DNA of 64,000 bases, from positions 2,525 to 66,524 of the forward strand of contig JAHQWD010000003.1 in assembly GCA_019634005.1 (NCBI GenBank), read 5' to 3'. This stretch comes from Candidatus Kaiserbacteria bacterium. GTDB lineage: Bacteria; Patescibacteriota; Minisyncoccia; Phycocordibacterales; UBA918. The notes beneath the pieces were generated by a model, which was not told the origin of the DNA, made no database searches, and saw only the letters and a program-made list of their open reading frames with translations. This document shows positions 1-7,975 of the stretch, piece after piece. Made by a program: the position numbers and the translations under genes. Positions within the stretch are counted from its first letter, which is position 1. The number at the start of each line of letters is the position of its first letter.

Positions 1-336
1 GATGGTGGCGATACGTGGAGTTGGTACGACGATATCTCGTCTTCGTGTAAAAATAGTGGGGTGGGGTGTAGTGTTGAACCGACCGATGAGTCCATCGTCT
101 CTTGTACAAGTGACAACTGCCTCTTGTACGTCGACGAGGACAGAAGCTCTGGTGCGTACTATACACACAGCAGTAGTGCAGGAGATGCATCACCATATAC
201 ACGCACTATTGTGCTTGAAGAGACGACGTCTGATGAAGAGGTGTTGGTAACATCAACGGTGTCATGGACATCGTCATATGTAGAGGATACAGTCAGTATT
301 GTGGAGAAGACCGTACTTTTTAATCTCTATGAGTAA
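1..336 (+). CDS. 3'-end of a Ser/Thr-rich protein continuing from upstream of the window (partial)
   Basis: Frame 1 is open from nt 1 to the stop at 334-336. The composition is Ser/Thr/Asp-rich and looks like a secreted or pilin-like protein. No start codon lies within the window. Confidence 0.4.
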   Translation, partial: DGGDTWSWYDDISSSCKNSGVGCSVEPTDESIVSCTSDNCLLYVDEDRSSGAYYTHSSSAGDASPYTRTIVLEETTSDEEVLVTSTVSWTSSYVEDTVSIVEKTVLFNLYE

Positions 337-886
337 CAGACATATACAAAAGAATACTCGAGGCTTCACCATCTTAATTGCAGTGGTGGTTGCATCTATT
401 GTACTTTCGATAGGTCTTGCAGTTTTGGGTATTGTATTTAAGCAGCTGCAGATCTCTGGTATTGCACATGAATCTGAGACCGCATTCCATGCGGCGTACG
501 CGGGTGCAGAGTGTGCAGAGTTTAATGATCGGTCAGAAGATCAGAATGAGTTTGATGTGCCAGGGAATGGTTCACTTCAGAGTAGTGCGACAAATATCAC
601 CTGTATGGGCGTCTCAAGTACAAATAGTAACGGAAGAGCACGGAGTGGCGATGAACAGCGTTTTGAGTTCACGTGGGATGGAGGAAATGCATGTACCATT
701 CTCAGTTTTTATAAGTTCTACAGTACTTCAAGCTCCGTGTCGGTGATCGTGGAAGGAACACAGCTCCGAAGTGACTGCCCTGTGGGTGCAGAGTGTTCAG
801 TGGTAAAAGCACGGGGATATAACGCTTCATGTTCTGGTCTCACGGGCGATCGAGTTGTTGAACGAGAGATTACCATCGTCTTTTGA
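329..886 (+). CDS. prepilin-type N-terminal domain protein (type IV pilin-like / pseudopilin)
   Basis: ATG at 329 gives MSNRHIQKNTRGFTILIAVVVASIVLSIGLAVLG. This is a short basic leader, then G|FT and a ~20-aa hydrophobic helix typical of class III signal peptides (Glu+5 is absent). The rest of the protein is Ser/Thr/Cys-rich. Confidence 0.5.
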   Translation: MSNRHIQKNTRGFTILIAVVVASIVLSIGLAVLGIVFKQLQISGIAHESETAFHAAYAGAECAEFNDRSEDQNEFDVPGNGSLQSSATNITCMGVSSTNSNGRARSGDEQRFEFTWDGGNACTILSFYKFYSTSSSVSVIVEGTQLRSDCPVGAECSVVKARGYNASCSGLTGDRVVEREITIVF

Positions 887-901
887 TATAGTAGGTGTAC
901 T

Positions 902-2911
902 ATGGCACCAAAAGATATCCAGAAACGGGTGAAAGAATTGCATCGGCTTACCGCACGACATTTTAAGCTGTATCACGAAAAGGATGCTCCAGAGATATCT
1001 GATGAGGCATATGATTCTCTCGTTCGAGAATTGAAGGAACTTGAGGAACAGTATCCAGAACTGAAAGAGAAAGGGACACCGACCGAAACCGTTGGTGCTA
1101 TGTCGTCTGCGTTTACAAAAGTACGTCATGCGGTACGTCAGTGGTCTTTTGATAACGTATTTTCCGAGACAGAGCTTCGGGAATGGGAACAGAAACTGTA
1201 TCGCCTACTCGAAAAGGAAGGTGTGAGTGAGAAGTTGACCTATGTCGCAGAGCACAAGATTGACGGACTGAAGGTTATTGCAGAATACAGAAAGGGTGTC
1301 TTGTATCGTGCAACGACGCGGGGAGATGGAGTCGTTGGAGAAGATATTACACACACCGCACGGACGGTGAAAGATATTCCTGAGCAACTTACCGAAAAAG
1401 TCGATGTCATTGTCGTTGGTGAAGCATGGCTTTCACGGTCAGAGTTTGCGCGCATCAATACAGAACGGGAGAAAAATGGTGAGGCGCGCTTTGCGAACCC
1501 TCGTAACGCAGCGGCAGGGTCGCTTCGTCAGTTAGATTCTGAGGTAACTAGAGGACGGAACCTTTCGTTCTTTGCCTATGATATTGACGCTTACTCTGGC
1601 TCAAAAGAGCCGAAGACGCAGGAAGGGGAACTAAAGACATTGAAACGTCTTGGTTTTCAGGTGAACCCTCATTACGCGGTGTGTACAAGCATAGATGCCG
1701 TCATTACTTTTTATAAGAAATGGGTGCCGAAACGAGAAAGTGAAGAGTATGGTATGGACGGTGTGGTGCTGAAAGTTGATAGCGTCGAATTGCAGAAGCA
1801 GCTGGGATATACGGCGAAATCTCCACGGTTTGGTATTGCGTATAAGTTTCCTTCAGAACAAGCAAGTACTGTCATCGAAGATATACAGCTTCAGGTGGGA
1901 CGTACGGGTGTGCTGACCCCTGTGGCACACCTTCGCCCCGTCTTCTTAGACGGTTCGACTGTTTCGCGTGCGACGCTGCATAATGAGGATCAGATCAAGC
2001 GACTGGATGTTCGTGTGGGAGACACCGTTATTCTCCAGAAAGCGGGAGACATCATCCCAGAGATTGTCTCAGTCCTTACAGAGCTCCGTCCAGAGAAGAC
2101 AAAGCCGTATCGTTTCCCAAAGCGGGTGGCAGAGTGTGGTGGCGATGGAAGTATCGAGCGAGTTCCTGGGGAAGCAGCGTATCGGTGTGTCTCTAAGGAT
2201 TCCGATACACTTCATCGACAACGGCTGTACTACTTTGTTTCCAAAGGGGCATTTAATATGGACGGTGTTGGCCCACGGATCATCGATCTTCTTTTGGAAC
2301 AGAACCTAATCAATACGCCTGTAGACCTCTTTACACTGGAAGTAGGAGATCTAGAGCAGCTTCCTGGGTTTAAAGAAAAGGCAGCAGAGAATGTGGTGAA
2401 AGCGATCGCTGATGCAAAAGAAGTGCCACTCCATCGGTTACTCATTGCGCTGTCGATAGATCACGTTGGAGAAGAGACTGCTCGTCTTATCGCAGAGCAC
2501 TTTGGATCGCTTCTAAAGATCCGAGAGGCATCACTTGAAGAACTTACCTCCATACATGGTGTGGGGGAGATTGTGGCAGCGTCACTTTTTGCATGGTTGA
2601 AGGATCCACTCCATGCAGAGATGCTCGATGCGCTTTTGAAACATATTGCAGTGGTTAATCCACAGAAGAAGGCAGACGGTGTTTTTTCTGGGAAGACACT
2701 GGTCTTTACAGGCACGCTTCCAACGCTTTCTCGTAATGAAGCCAAAGATATGGCGCGGAATGCAGGAGGACATGTCGCAAGTTCTGTGTCTAAAAATACA
2801 GATTATGTGGTACTTGGTACTGATGCGGGGTCTAAAGAGGAGAAGGCGAGAGAGCTCGGGGTGTCGCTTTTGAGCGAGGAGGAGTTTTTGAAGATGTTGC
2901 AAAGAACTTGA
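902..2911 (+). CDS. ligA: NAD-dependent DNA ligase LigA
   Basis: 669 aa. Contains the KIDG adenylation motif (EHKIDGLKV), OB-fold and Zn-finger cysteines (CGGDGSIERVPGEAAYRC), HhH repeats and a C-terminal BRCT (FSGKTLVFTGTL). Confidence 0.95.
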   Translation: MAPKDIQKRVKELHRLTARHFKLYHEKDAPEISDEAYDSLVRELKELEEQYPELKEKGTPTETVGAMSSAFTKVRHAVRQWSFDNVFSETELREWEQKLYRLLEKEGVSEKLTYVAEHKIDGLKVIAEYRKGVLYRATTRGDGVVGEDITHTARTVKDIPEQLTEKVDVIVVGEAWLSRSEFARINTEREKNGEARFANPRNAAAGSLRQLDSEVTRGRNLSFFAYDIDAYSGSKEPKTQEGELKTLKRLGFQVNPHYAVCTSIDAVITFYKKWVPKRESEEYGMDGVVLKVDSVELQKQLGYTAKSPRFGIAYKFPSEQASTVIEDIQLQVGRTGVLTPVAHLRPVFLDGSTVSRATLHNEDQIKRLDVRVGDTVILQKAGDIIPEIVSVLTELRPEKTKPYRFPKRVAECGGDGSIERVPGEAAYRCVSKDSDTLHRQRLYYFVSKGAFNMDGVGPRIIDLLLEQNLINTPVDLFTLEVGDLEQLPGFKEKAAENVVKAIADAKEVPLHRLLIALSIDHVGEETARLIAEHFGSLLKIREASLEELTSIHGVGEIVAASLFAWLKDPLHAEMLDALLKHIAVVNPQKKADGVFSGKTLVFTGTLPTLSRNEAKDMARNAGGHVASSVSKNTDYVVLGTDAGSKEEKARELGVSLLSEEEFLKMLQRT

Positions 2912-2967
2912 TAATAGTGTTGTATAAAAGTTCTTGTGGAGAGTCATCCTGAGCATAGGAGGAGAAT

Positions 2968-3246
2968 ATGATCGTTGCAAAAGCAGACCGCCAGTTTGCA
3001 CTTCGCGCTGCACGTGCTGCTGGGTTTGACCACACAGACTATATTGTCGTCTGGGTGCAATATCCTGGTCAGAAAGAAGAGTTGGGCTTTGCGCCCACTA
3101 CGGTGGAATGTTCCTTTGTAGAAGGAGTTCCTCACAGAGCGAGCGCAGACGTATGGTGTGTCAATTCAGAGACAGGACGTCTCCGTAAGGAGTCTAAAAA
3201 ATGTCGCCCTCGCGATGGCAGTACCTGGGAGTGTTGTTCGACCTAA
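2968..3246 (+). CDS. hypothetical protein
   Basis: A strong RBS (aggagga) lies 7 nt upstream of the ATG. 92 aa, no recognisable domain. Confidence 0.45.
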   Translation: MIVAKADRQFALRAARAAGFDHTDYIVVWVQYPGQKEELGFAPTTVECSFVEGVPHRASADVWCVNSETGRLRKESKKCRPRDGSTWECCST

Positions 3247-3341
3247 ATCCGTCGCCTTCAACAGGACAAAGAAAACCAAACCTTTGTCTCGTACGAAGGG
3301 GCGGTTTTCTTTTTATGTATTGAAATGGTACTATCTCTCGT

Positions 3342-3632
3342 ATGAAACGAGAGGATATAGAGCATCTGGCGACACTCGCACGTATTGATCTAAAGGATGA
3401 AGAGGTTGCGTCTTTGACGGACAGCATCACAAGTATTTTGGGGTATGTGAGTGATGTAAATGCAATTACAACCGAAGAGAAGCCTAAAGAGGTGGGTGCA
3501 CTTTATAATGTCATGCGAGAAGATGAGGAGACACATGAGCCAGGACAGTACACAGAAGCAATTTTAAATGAAGCACCGAAGCGGGAAGGACAGTACATTC
3601 AAGTTAAGAAGATACTCGGTGACAATGAATAA
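3342..3632 (+). CDS. gatC: Asp-tRNA(Asn)/Glu-tRNA(Gln) amidotransferase subunit C
   Basis: 96 aa with the typical GatC pattern (IEHLATLARIDLKDEEV...). Sits immediately upstream of and overlapping gatA. Confidence 0.85.
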   Translation: MKREDIEHLATLARIDLKDEEVASLTDSITSILGYVSDVNAITTEEKPKEVGALYNVMREDEETHEPGQYTEAILNEAPKREGQYIQVKKILGDNE

Positions 3633-5040
3633 TATGACCATACAAGAATTACGGAAAAAATTTGTGGAAGGGTCATATACCCCAGTGGATGCCCTTGCCG
3701 ACGTAAAGAAGGCTATTGCAGAGCGGGACGGTGAGGTGCACGCATACCTTGAGCTTTTTGAAGATGCGGATGAGGCTGCACAGAAAGCGGCGGAGCGATA
3801 TAAGGAGGAAGGAGACGATGCTCCACCACTTTTGGGAATGCCCATTGCGATTAAGAACAACATCCTGATTGAAGGAAAGAAGACGACTGCTTCATCAAAG
3901 ATCCTTGAAAACTATGTCGCTACATATGACGCAACGGTTATTGCAAAGCTTCGTGAAGCGGGTGCTGTGTTTGTTGGATCCACAAACCTTGATGAGTTTG
4001 CGATGGGAACTTCTACAGAGAACTCTGCGTTTGGACCGACCAGAAACCCACATGATGTGACTCGTGTTCCAGGAGGTTCATCTGGGGGATCTGCAGCAGC
4101 GGTCGCTATGGGAGGGGCGGTTGCAGCGTTGGGAACTGATACGGGGGGATCTGTACGACAGCCTGCAGCGTTTTGTGGTTTGGTGGGGTATAAGCCGACC
4201 TATGGTGCAGTGTCTCGCCATGGGCTGATTGCTATGGGATCCTCATTAGATCAGGCGGGACCGCTCACAAACTCTGTCTCCGACGCAGAGCTGATCCATA
4301 ACATTATCAAAGGAGATGATTCTATGGATTCCACTACGATTACAGATGATACGTACAAAGAAGTGTCAGTGAAGGAGACGTATCGTATTGGGGTGCCACG
4401 ACATTTCCTTCAAGAAGGACTCAGTGAGAGTGTTCGTACTGTATTTGAAGATACGCTCAAAAAACTTGAGGCAGCGGGCCATGAGATTGTCGATGTATCA
4501 GTACCGCTTATGGAAAAAGGGCTTGCAGCGTACTACATCGTTATGCCTGCAGAGGTCTCCTCGAACCTCGCTCGCTTTGATGGGGTGCGCTATGGGCTTC
4601 GTATTGAGGGAGATGATCTCCTCTCTGAGTATCACAAGACACGTGCAGAAGGATTTGGTGCAGAGGTGAAACGCCGTATTCTTCTTGGAACATACGTTCT
4701 TTCCTCAGGATACTATGATGCGTATTACGGAAAGGCAGAGCAGGTACGAGAAATGATGCGTGCAGAACTCCGAGAGGTGTTTGCTGACGTTGATGCACTT
4801 ATGCTCCCAACAACACCAACACCTGCATTCAAGCTTGGTGCAAAAAGTGATCCACTCTCACTTTACCTAGAGGATATCTTTACGGTACCAGCGAACCTTA
4901 CGGGTGTTCCAGCAATCTCTGTACCCGCAGGAACCGTGGATGAAGACGGCGTAGCACTTCCTGTTGGGGTACAATGTATAGGACCACATGCAGGGGATGC
5001 ACGAGTATTTGATCTTGGAAAGAAAATACTTGGAGAATAG
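3625..5040 (+). CDS. gatA: Glu-tRNA(Gln) amidotransferase subunit A (amidase family)
   Basis: Amidase signature GGSSGGSAAAVA and a Ser-cisSer-Lys triad context. Start chosen at ATG 3625 (MNNMTIQELRKKF), overlapping the gatC stop. The computed ORF starts further upstream, at 3568. Confidence 0.9.
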   Translation: MNNMTIQELRKKFVEGSYTPVDALADVKKAIAERDGEVHAYLELFEDADEAAQKAAERYKEEGDDAPPLLGMPIAIKNNILIEGKKTTASSKILENYVATYDATVIAKLREAGAVFVGSTNLDEFAMGTSTENSAFGPTRNPHDVTRVPGGSSGGSAAAVAMGGAVAALGTDTGGSVRQPAAFCGLVGYKPTYGAVSRHGLIAMGSSLDQAGPLTNSVSDAELIHNIIKGDDSMDSTTITDDTYKEVSVKETYRIGVPRHFLQEGLSESVRTVFEDTLKKLEAAGHEIVDVSVPLMEKGLAAYYIVMPAEVSSNLARFDGVRYGLRIEGDDLLSEYHKTRAEGFGAEVKRRILLGTYVLSSGYYDAYYGKAEQVREMMRAELREVFADVDALMLPTTPTPAFKLGAKSDPLSLYLEDIFTVPANLTGVPAISVPAGTVDEDGVALPVGVQCIGPHAGDARVFDLGKKILGE

Positions 5041-5055
5041 TGCCCTGCCTGTGTC

Positions 5056-5685
5056 ATGCTTATGACACCTGACGGTAACGATATTATAGTTCAAACACGC
5101 GGCATTGATTTTATGCCGCTGGTTCGTTGGATTGCGCATTTCTTTGGATATGGAGATGATCCACTCGCAGGGCCAACTGTTGATGATTTCATCCTCAGTC
5201 TCTCAAACTTTTGGGAGGTGTATTCTGTTATTGCACTTTTGCTCTCGTTGCTTTTTTTCGCTGGATTTGTGTATGCATATATAAGATACAACCAACTGCT
5301 CGTGGAAGAAGACAATTTGTTACTTGCAGAGGAGCAGAGATGGAGAGAATTGCGTGAGGGTGCAGGAACTCAAAATACAGAATGGGATGCAATTAAAGCA
5401 CATGTTGCAACCGAAAACCCAAATGATTGGAAACAGGCGATCATTGCAGCGGATGTGATGCTGGGGGAGATACTGGAGGTCTCAGGGTACATTGGAGAGA
5501 CTATTGGTGAGCAGCTCAAATCGGCAAATGCACAGCCGTTTCCATCTATACGAGATGCGTGGGATGCACACTTAGTGCGTAATAAAATTGCGCATGGCGG
5601 GCCTGAGTTTGTCCTTACAAAACGGCTTGCACAGGACACTATTGTGCAATATGAGCGGGTATTTCGAGAGTTTGGGGCTGTATAG
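5056..5685 (+). CDS. hypothetical membrane-anchored protein
   Basis: 209 aa with one predicted TM helix (VIALLLSLLFFAGFVYAYI). No recognisable domain. Confidence 0.5.
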   Translation: MLMTPDGNDIIVQTRGIDFMPLVRWIAHFFGYGDDPLAGPTVDDFILSLSNFWEVYSVIALLLSLLFFAGFVYAYIRYNQLLVEEDNLLLAEEQRWRELREGAGTQNTEWDAIKAHVATENPNDWKQAIIAADVMLGEILEVSGYIGETIGEQLKSANAQPFPSIRDAWDAHLVRNKIAHGGPEFVLTKRLAQDTIVQYERVFREFGAV

Positions 5686-5729
5686 GAACTATTGCGCCGA
5701 TACGTAAAAACTGGTAGTGTACTGCACAC

Positions 5730-5800
5730 AGCGGGGTAGAGGAGAGGTACCTCGGGAGGCTCATAACCTCCAGACCCCGGTTCGATTCCGGGCCCCGCAA
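5730..5800 (+). tRNA. tRNA-Met (CAT), initiator-like
   Basis: Folds as a cloverleaf with a CTCATAA anticodon loop, a TTCGATT T-loop and no encoded CCA. The sequence AGCGGGGTAGAGG...CCGGGCCCCGCAA resembles the E. coli initiator (CGCGGGG...CCCCCGCAACCA). Positions 1:72 are A:A, a mismatch as in bacterial initiators. Confidence 0.8.
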
Positions 5801-5807
5801 CACGTCA

Positions 5808-5843
5808 AGAAAACACCGATATACTCGGTGTTTTCTTGTTTTT
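5808..5843 (+). terminator. intrinsic terminator
   Basis: Hairpin AAGAAAACACCG-atatact-CGGTGTTTTCTT followed by a TTGTTTTT run. Confidence 0.7.
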
Positions 5844-5872
5844 GAGGCTTTGAGATGGTATTCTCTCTTCAC

Positions 5873-5946
5873 GTCGGCGTAGCTCAGTTGGTTAGAGCAC
5901 AACACTCATAAAGTTGGGGTCGGAGGTTCAAATCCTCCCGTCGACA
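5873..5946 (+). tRNA. tRNA-Met (CAT), elongator or tRNA-Ile2 (lysidine) type
   Basis: GTCGGCGTAGCTCAGTTGGTTAGAGC...CTCATAA...GGAGGTTCAAATCCTCCCGTCGACA. Anticodon CAT at 5907-5909. Pair 31:39 is A:A. Confidence 0.8.
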
Positions 5947-5953
5947 CTTTTAC

Positions 5954-5983
5954 AAAGACCGCTCTCTGGGCGGTCTTTGTGTA
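5954..5983 (+). terminator. intrinsic terminator
   Basis: AAAGACCGC-tctctg-GGCGGTCTTT followed by a gtgt/T-rich stretch. Confidence 0.65.
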
Positions 5984-6080
5984 TAAATAGGATATATCCA
6001 CGTACTGTTATACTACAATAGTATAAGTGCCTATATTACGTTCATTACATCAAGACTTTTTCAAAAAATGGAGCAATGAC

Positions 6081-6698
6081 ATGGCTTATGTTTTAGGGTT
6101 TTTTGCTGCAGATGGGAGTATGCTAGAGAATAATCGCGGAGCGCACTATATTGAGTTTCATATTACGGACAAAAAGATTTTAGAACAGATGAGGGAAGCT
6201 ATGGGCTCTAATCACAAGATTAAAGAGAGGAAAAGAGATGAAAAATGGAAGCCTATCTACAGACTGCAAATAGGGAGTAAAGTATTCTATGAAGATTTAC
6301 AAAAACATGGTTTTACTCAAGCAAAGAGTCATACTTTAAAATTACCCTTAGTTCCAAAGAAATATATTGCAGATTTTGTTCGTGGGTATTTTGATGGAGA
6401 TGGATGTGTTCACTTTAAACAGTATAAAGTGAGGGGTCGGAAAAAGCCAAAGTGGGTCTTCCAGACTCGTTTTACTTCAGGAAGTAAAAATTTCTTGCAG
6501 GATTTACACAATCTATTAAAAGATTACGGTGTAGCAAGAGGTTTCATTACGAAGAAAAATAGGGGGCACGAACTTGTGTTCAGTCATCGCGATGGTGTTG
6601 CATTATATCGATTAATGTATAATAATACCCCTCGTATTTATTTAAAACGTAAATACAACATCTTCAGAAAAGCAATGAAGACGCTTTATGGAGAATAA
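6081..6698 (+). CDS. LAGLIDADG-family homing endonuclease (double-motif, free-standing)
   Basis: Two LAGLIDADG motifs are present: MAYVLGFFAADGSM and ADFVRGYFDGDGCVHF. The RBS tggag lies 10 nt upstream of ATG 6081. The stop is 2 nt before tRNA-Asp exon 1. AT-rich compared with the flanking sequence. Confidence 0.85.
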   Translation: MAYVLGFFAADGSMLENNRGAHYIEFHITDKKILEQMREAMGSNHKIKERKRDEKWKPIYRLQIGSKVFYEDLQKHGFTQAKSHTLKLPLVPKKYIADFVRGYFDGDGCVHFKQYKVRGRKKPKWVFQTRFTSGSKNFLQDLHNLLKDYGVARGFITKKNRGHELVFSHRDGVALYRLMYNNTPRIYLKRKYNIFRKAMKTLYGE

Positions 6699-6700
6699 CT

Positions 6701-7015
6701 GCGGGCGTAGCTCAATTGGTTAGAGCACCCGCCTGTAGACGTGCAGCTTTCCGTCCGAAAGACGGATTGAAACTTTCCGGGATATCGGTGAAGGCTAAGT
6801 CATTGATGCAGTTAGCTTGAAAAGGTTACTGAGGAGATATGCGAATACCGAGGGAACCCATAACACAAAAACACATAGTTATGGGGCGCCGTAGAGACTA
6901 GATACCGGGATACCTAAGGATAATGAATCTATGGTAAAGATATAGTCCGTGCCATTATGAAAATAGTGGATTTCACGCACGCGGGAGGTTGAGGGTTCGA
7001 GTCCCTTCGCTCGCG
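6701..7015 (+). tRNA. tRNA-Asp (GTC) interrupted by a group I intron (exons 6701-6736 and 6978-7015)
   Basis: Joined exons read GCGGGCGTAGCTCAATTGGTTAGAGCACCCGCCTGT|CACGCGGGAGGTTGAGGGTTCGAGTCCCTTCGCTCGCG. This closely resembles E. coli tRNA-Asp (CCTGCCTGTCACGCAGG...GGTTCGAGTCC), with discriminator G. Confidence 0.8.
6737..6977 (+). mobile_element. group I self-splicing intron (IC3-like tRNA intron) in the anticodon loop of tRNA-Asp
   Basis: The core GCCGTAGAGACTAGATACCGGGATACCTAAGGATAATGAATCTATGG resembles, from memory, the Azoarcus/Anabaena tRNA intron P7/P3/P8-P9 region (GUAGAGACUAGA...CCUAAGG...CUAUGG). The IGS 5'-GUGCAG (6741-6746) can pair with exon CUGU in P1, giving U.G at the 5' splice site, and with the 3' exon CAC in P10. 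A terminal G at 6977 fits omega-G. A P9 extension hairpin carries a GAAA loop. Confidence 0.8.
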
Positions 7016-7056
7016 CAGTTAGAAAAAGAGTCCACGTTTGTGGGCTCTTTTTGTAT
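7011..7056 (+). repeat. direct repeat copy A: tRNA-Asp 3' end plus intrinsic terminator
   Basis: tcgcgcagttagaaaaagagtccacgtttgtgggctctttttgtat. The hairpin is AAAAAGAGTCCAC-gttt-GTGGGCTCTTTTT. A near-identical copy lies at 7752-7796. Confidence 0.8.
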
Positions 7057-7094
7057 AGAGAGTGGTATTGGAATTGTGTGGTATTTTTATCTGT

Positions 7095-7727
7095 ATGGAA
7101 AACAAGATTCTCTGGCACGGTACCGGTAGGTATAAATATGATTCAGAAGGAAATGTCTACGATATCTTTCAGGGAATTATTGAAGATGGAGGATTGGTCC
7201 CGCACTTAGACGAATGGGATCAAAAGCGAGGTGCTTGCTATTCCATATCAACAACTCGCTCGCGTGCATATGCTCGGCTGTATGCGAGCCTTTTCTTTCC
7301 GTCTGATAAACGTAGTTTAAAAGAATTATTTAGAAGACTTATATGGTGTCTTCGTTTCTTCCTCACGAGCAAGTATGTTGCGTGGATGGAATATACACCG
7401 TTTAGACCACACATAACTGATTTTCGGAGGAAGATTATATCTTGGGCAAAGAAATACTCATCAGATACTCGGTCTTTCATATATCTTTTTCTTTGGGGAG
7501 GTACTGACATCCCCAATAATTACCCAATACTGATATGCATAAAAGGAGATGGTATTGCTCCAACCAAGGGATCTCGTTTTGTCGATTTGCATGAAATACG
7601 TAGTGAAGAGAAAATTTCCCTAGAAGATTTTAAGTGTATTGAAGTGCCCAAAGAGCATATTTCAGAGATTCATAGCCTATTACATGTGGCAGGGTGTGAG
7701 ATTCCTGTCGTAACCTTAGACAGTTAG
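7095..7727 (+). CDS. hypothetical protein (cargo of the repeat-flanked segment)
   Basis: MENKILWHGTGRYKYDSEGNVYDIF... ~210 aa, AT-rich, with no recognisable domain. The computed ORF starts with GTG at 7062; ATG 7095 was chosen as start. Confidence 0.5.
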   Translation: MENKILWHGTGRYKYDSEGNVYDIFQGIIEDGGLVPHLDEWDQKRGACYSISTTRSRAYARLYASLFFPSDKRSLKELFRRLIWCLRFFLTSKYVAWMEYTPFRPHITDFRRKIISWAKKYSSDTRSFIYLFLWGGTDIPNNYPILICIKGDGIAPTKGSRFVDLHEIRSEEKISLEDFKCIEVPKEHISEIHSLLHVAGCEIPVVTLDS

Positions 7728-7751
7728 TGTAGCTCTAACCGCATATACCAG

Positions 7752-7796
7752 TTCGCGCATAGAAAAAAGAGTCCACGTTTGTGGGCTCTTTTTGTA
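7752..7796 (+). repeat. direct repeat copy B (terminator)
   Basis: tcgcgcatagaaaaaagagtccacgtttgtgggctctttttgtat. 42 of 44 positions are identical to copy A, including 7 nt of the tRNA-Asp acceptor 3' strand. Confidence 0.8.
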
Positions 7797-7829
7797 TTTC
7801 TGAACGGTTTTTGGTATTCTTTGGCGTAC

Positions 7830-7905
7830 GCCATTGTAGCTCAGTCGGTAGAGCGCATCCATGGTAAGGATGAGGTCCCCGGTTCAATCCCGGGCAATGG
7901 CTCCA
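7830..7905 (+). tRNA. tRNA-Thr (GGT)
   Basis: GCCATTGTAGCTCAGTCGGTAGAGCGCATCCATGGTAAGGATGAGGTCCCCGGTTCAATCCCGGGCAATGGCTCCA. The CCA is encoded and the anticodon loop is ATGGTAA. Confidence 0.9.
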
Positions 7906-7908
7906 AAG

Positions 7909-7941
7909 ACAGAAACCCGTCAGACATGACGGGTTTCTGTT
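7909..7941 (+). terminator. intrinsic terminator
   Basis: AGAAACCCGTC-agaca-TGACGGGTTTCT followed by gtt. Confidence 0.7.
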
Positions 7942-7975
7942 ATACTCAAGCCACATGACAAAAGAGGAGATCACT

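Noticed and set aside
6701-6739. Reading the 5' exon alone as tRNA-Tyr (anticodon loop CTGTAGA, GTA)
   Set aside because: No matching 3' stem follows. With the intron removed at U6736 / G6977, the loop becomes CUGUCAC (Asp) and the whole molecule matches tRNA-Asp. P1/P10 pairing with the IGS supports that splice site.
7728-7760. Possible tRNA fragment (ggttagagc on minus strand) just upstream of repeat copy B
   Set aside because: Only a 9-11 nt similarity to a D-arm. It is too short to call a tRNA remnant.
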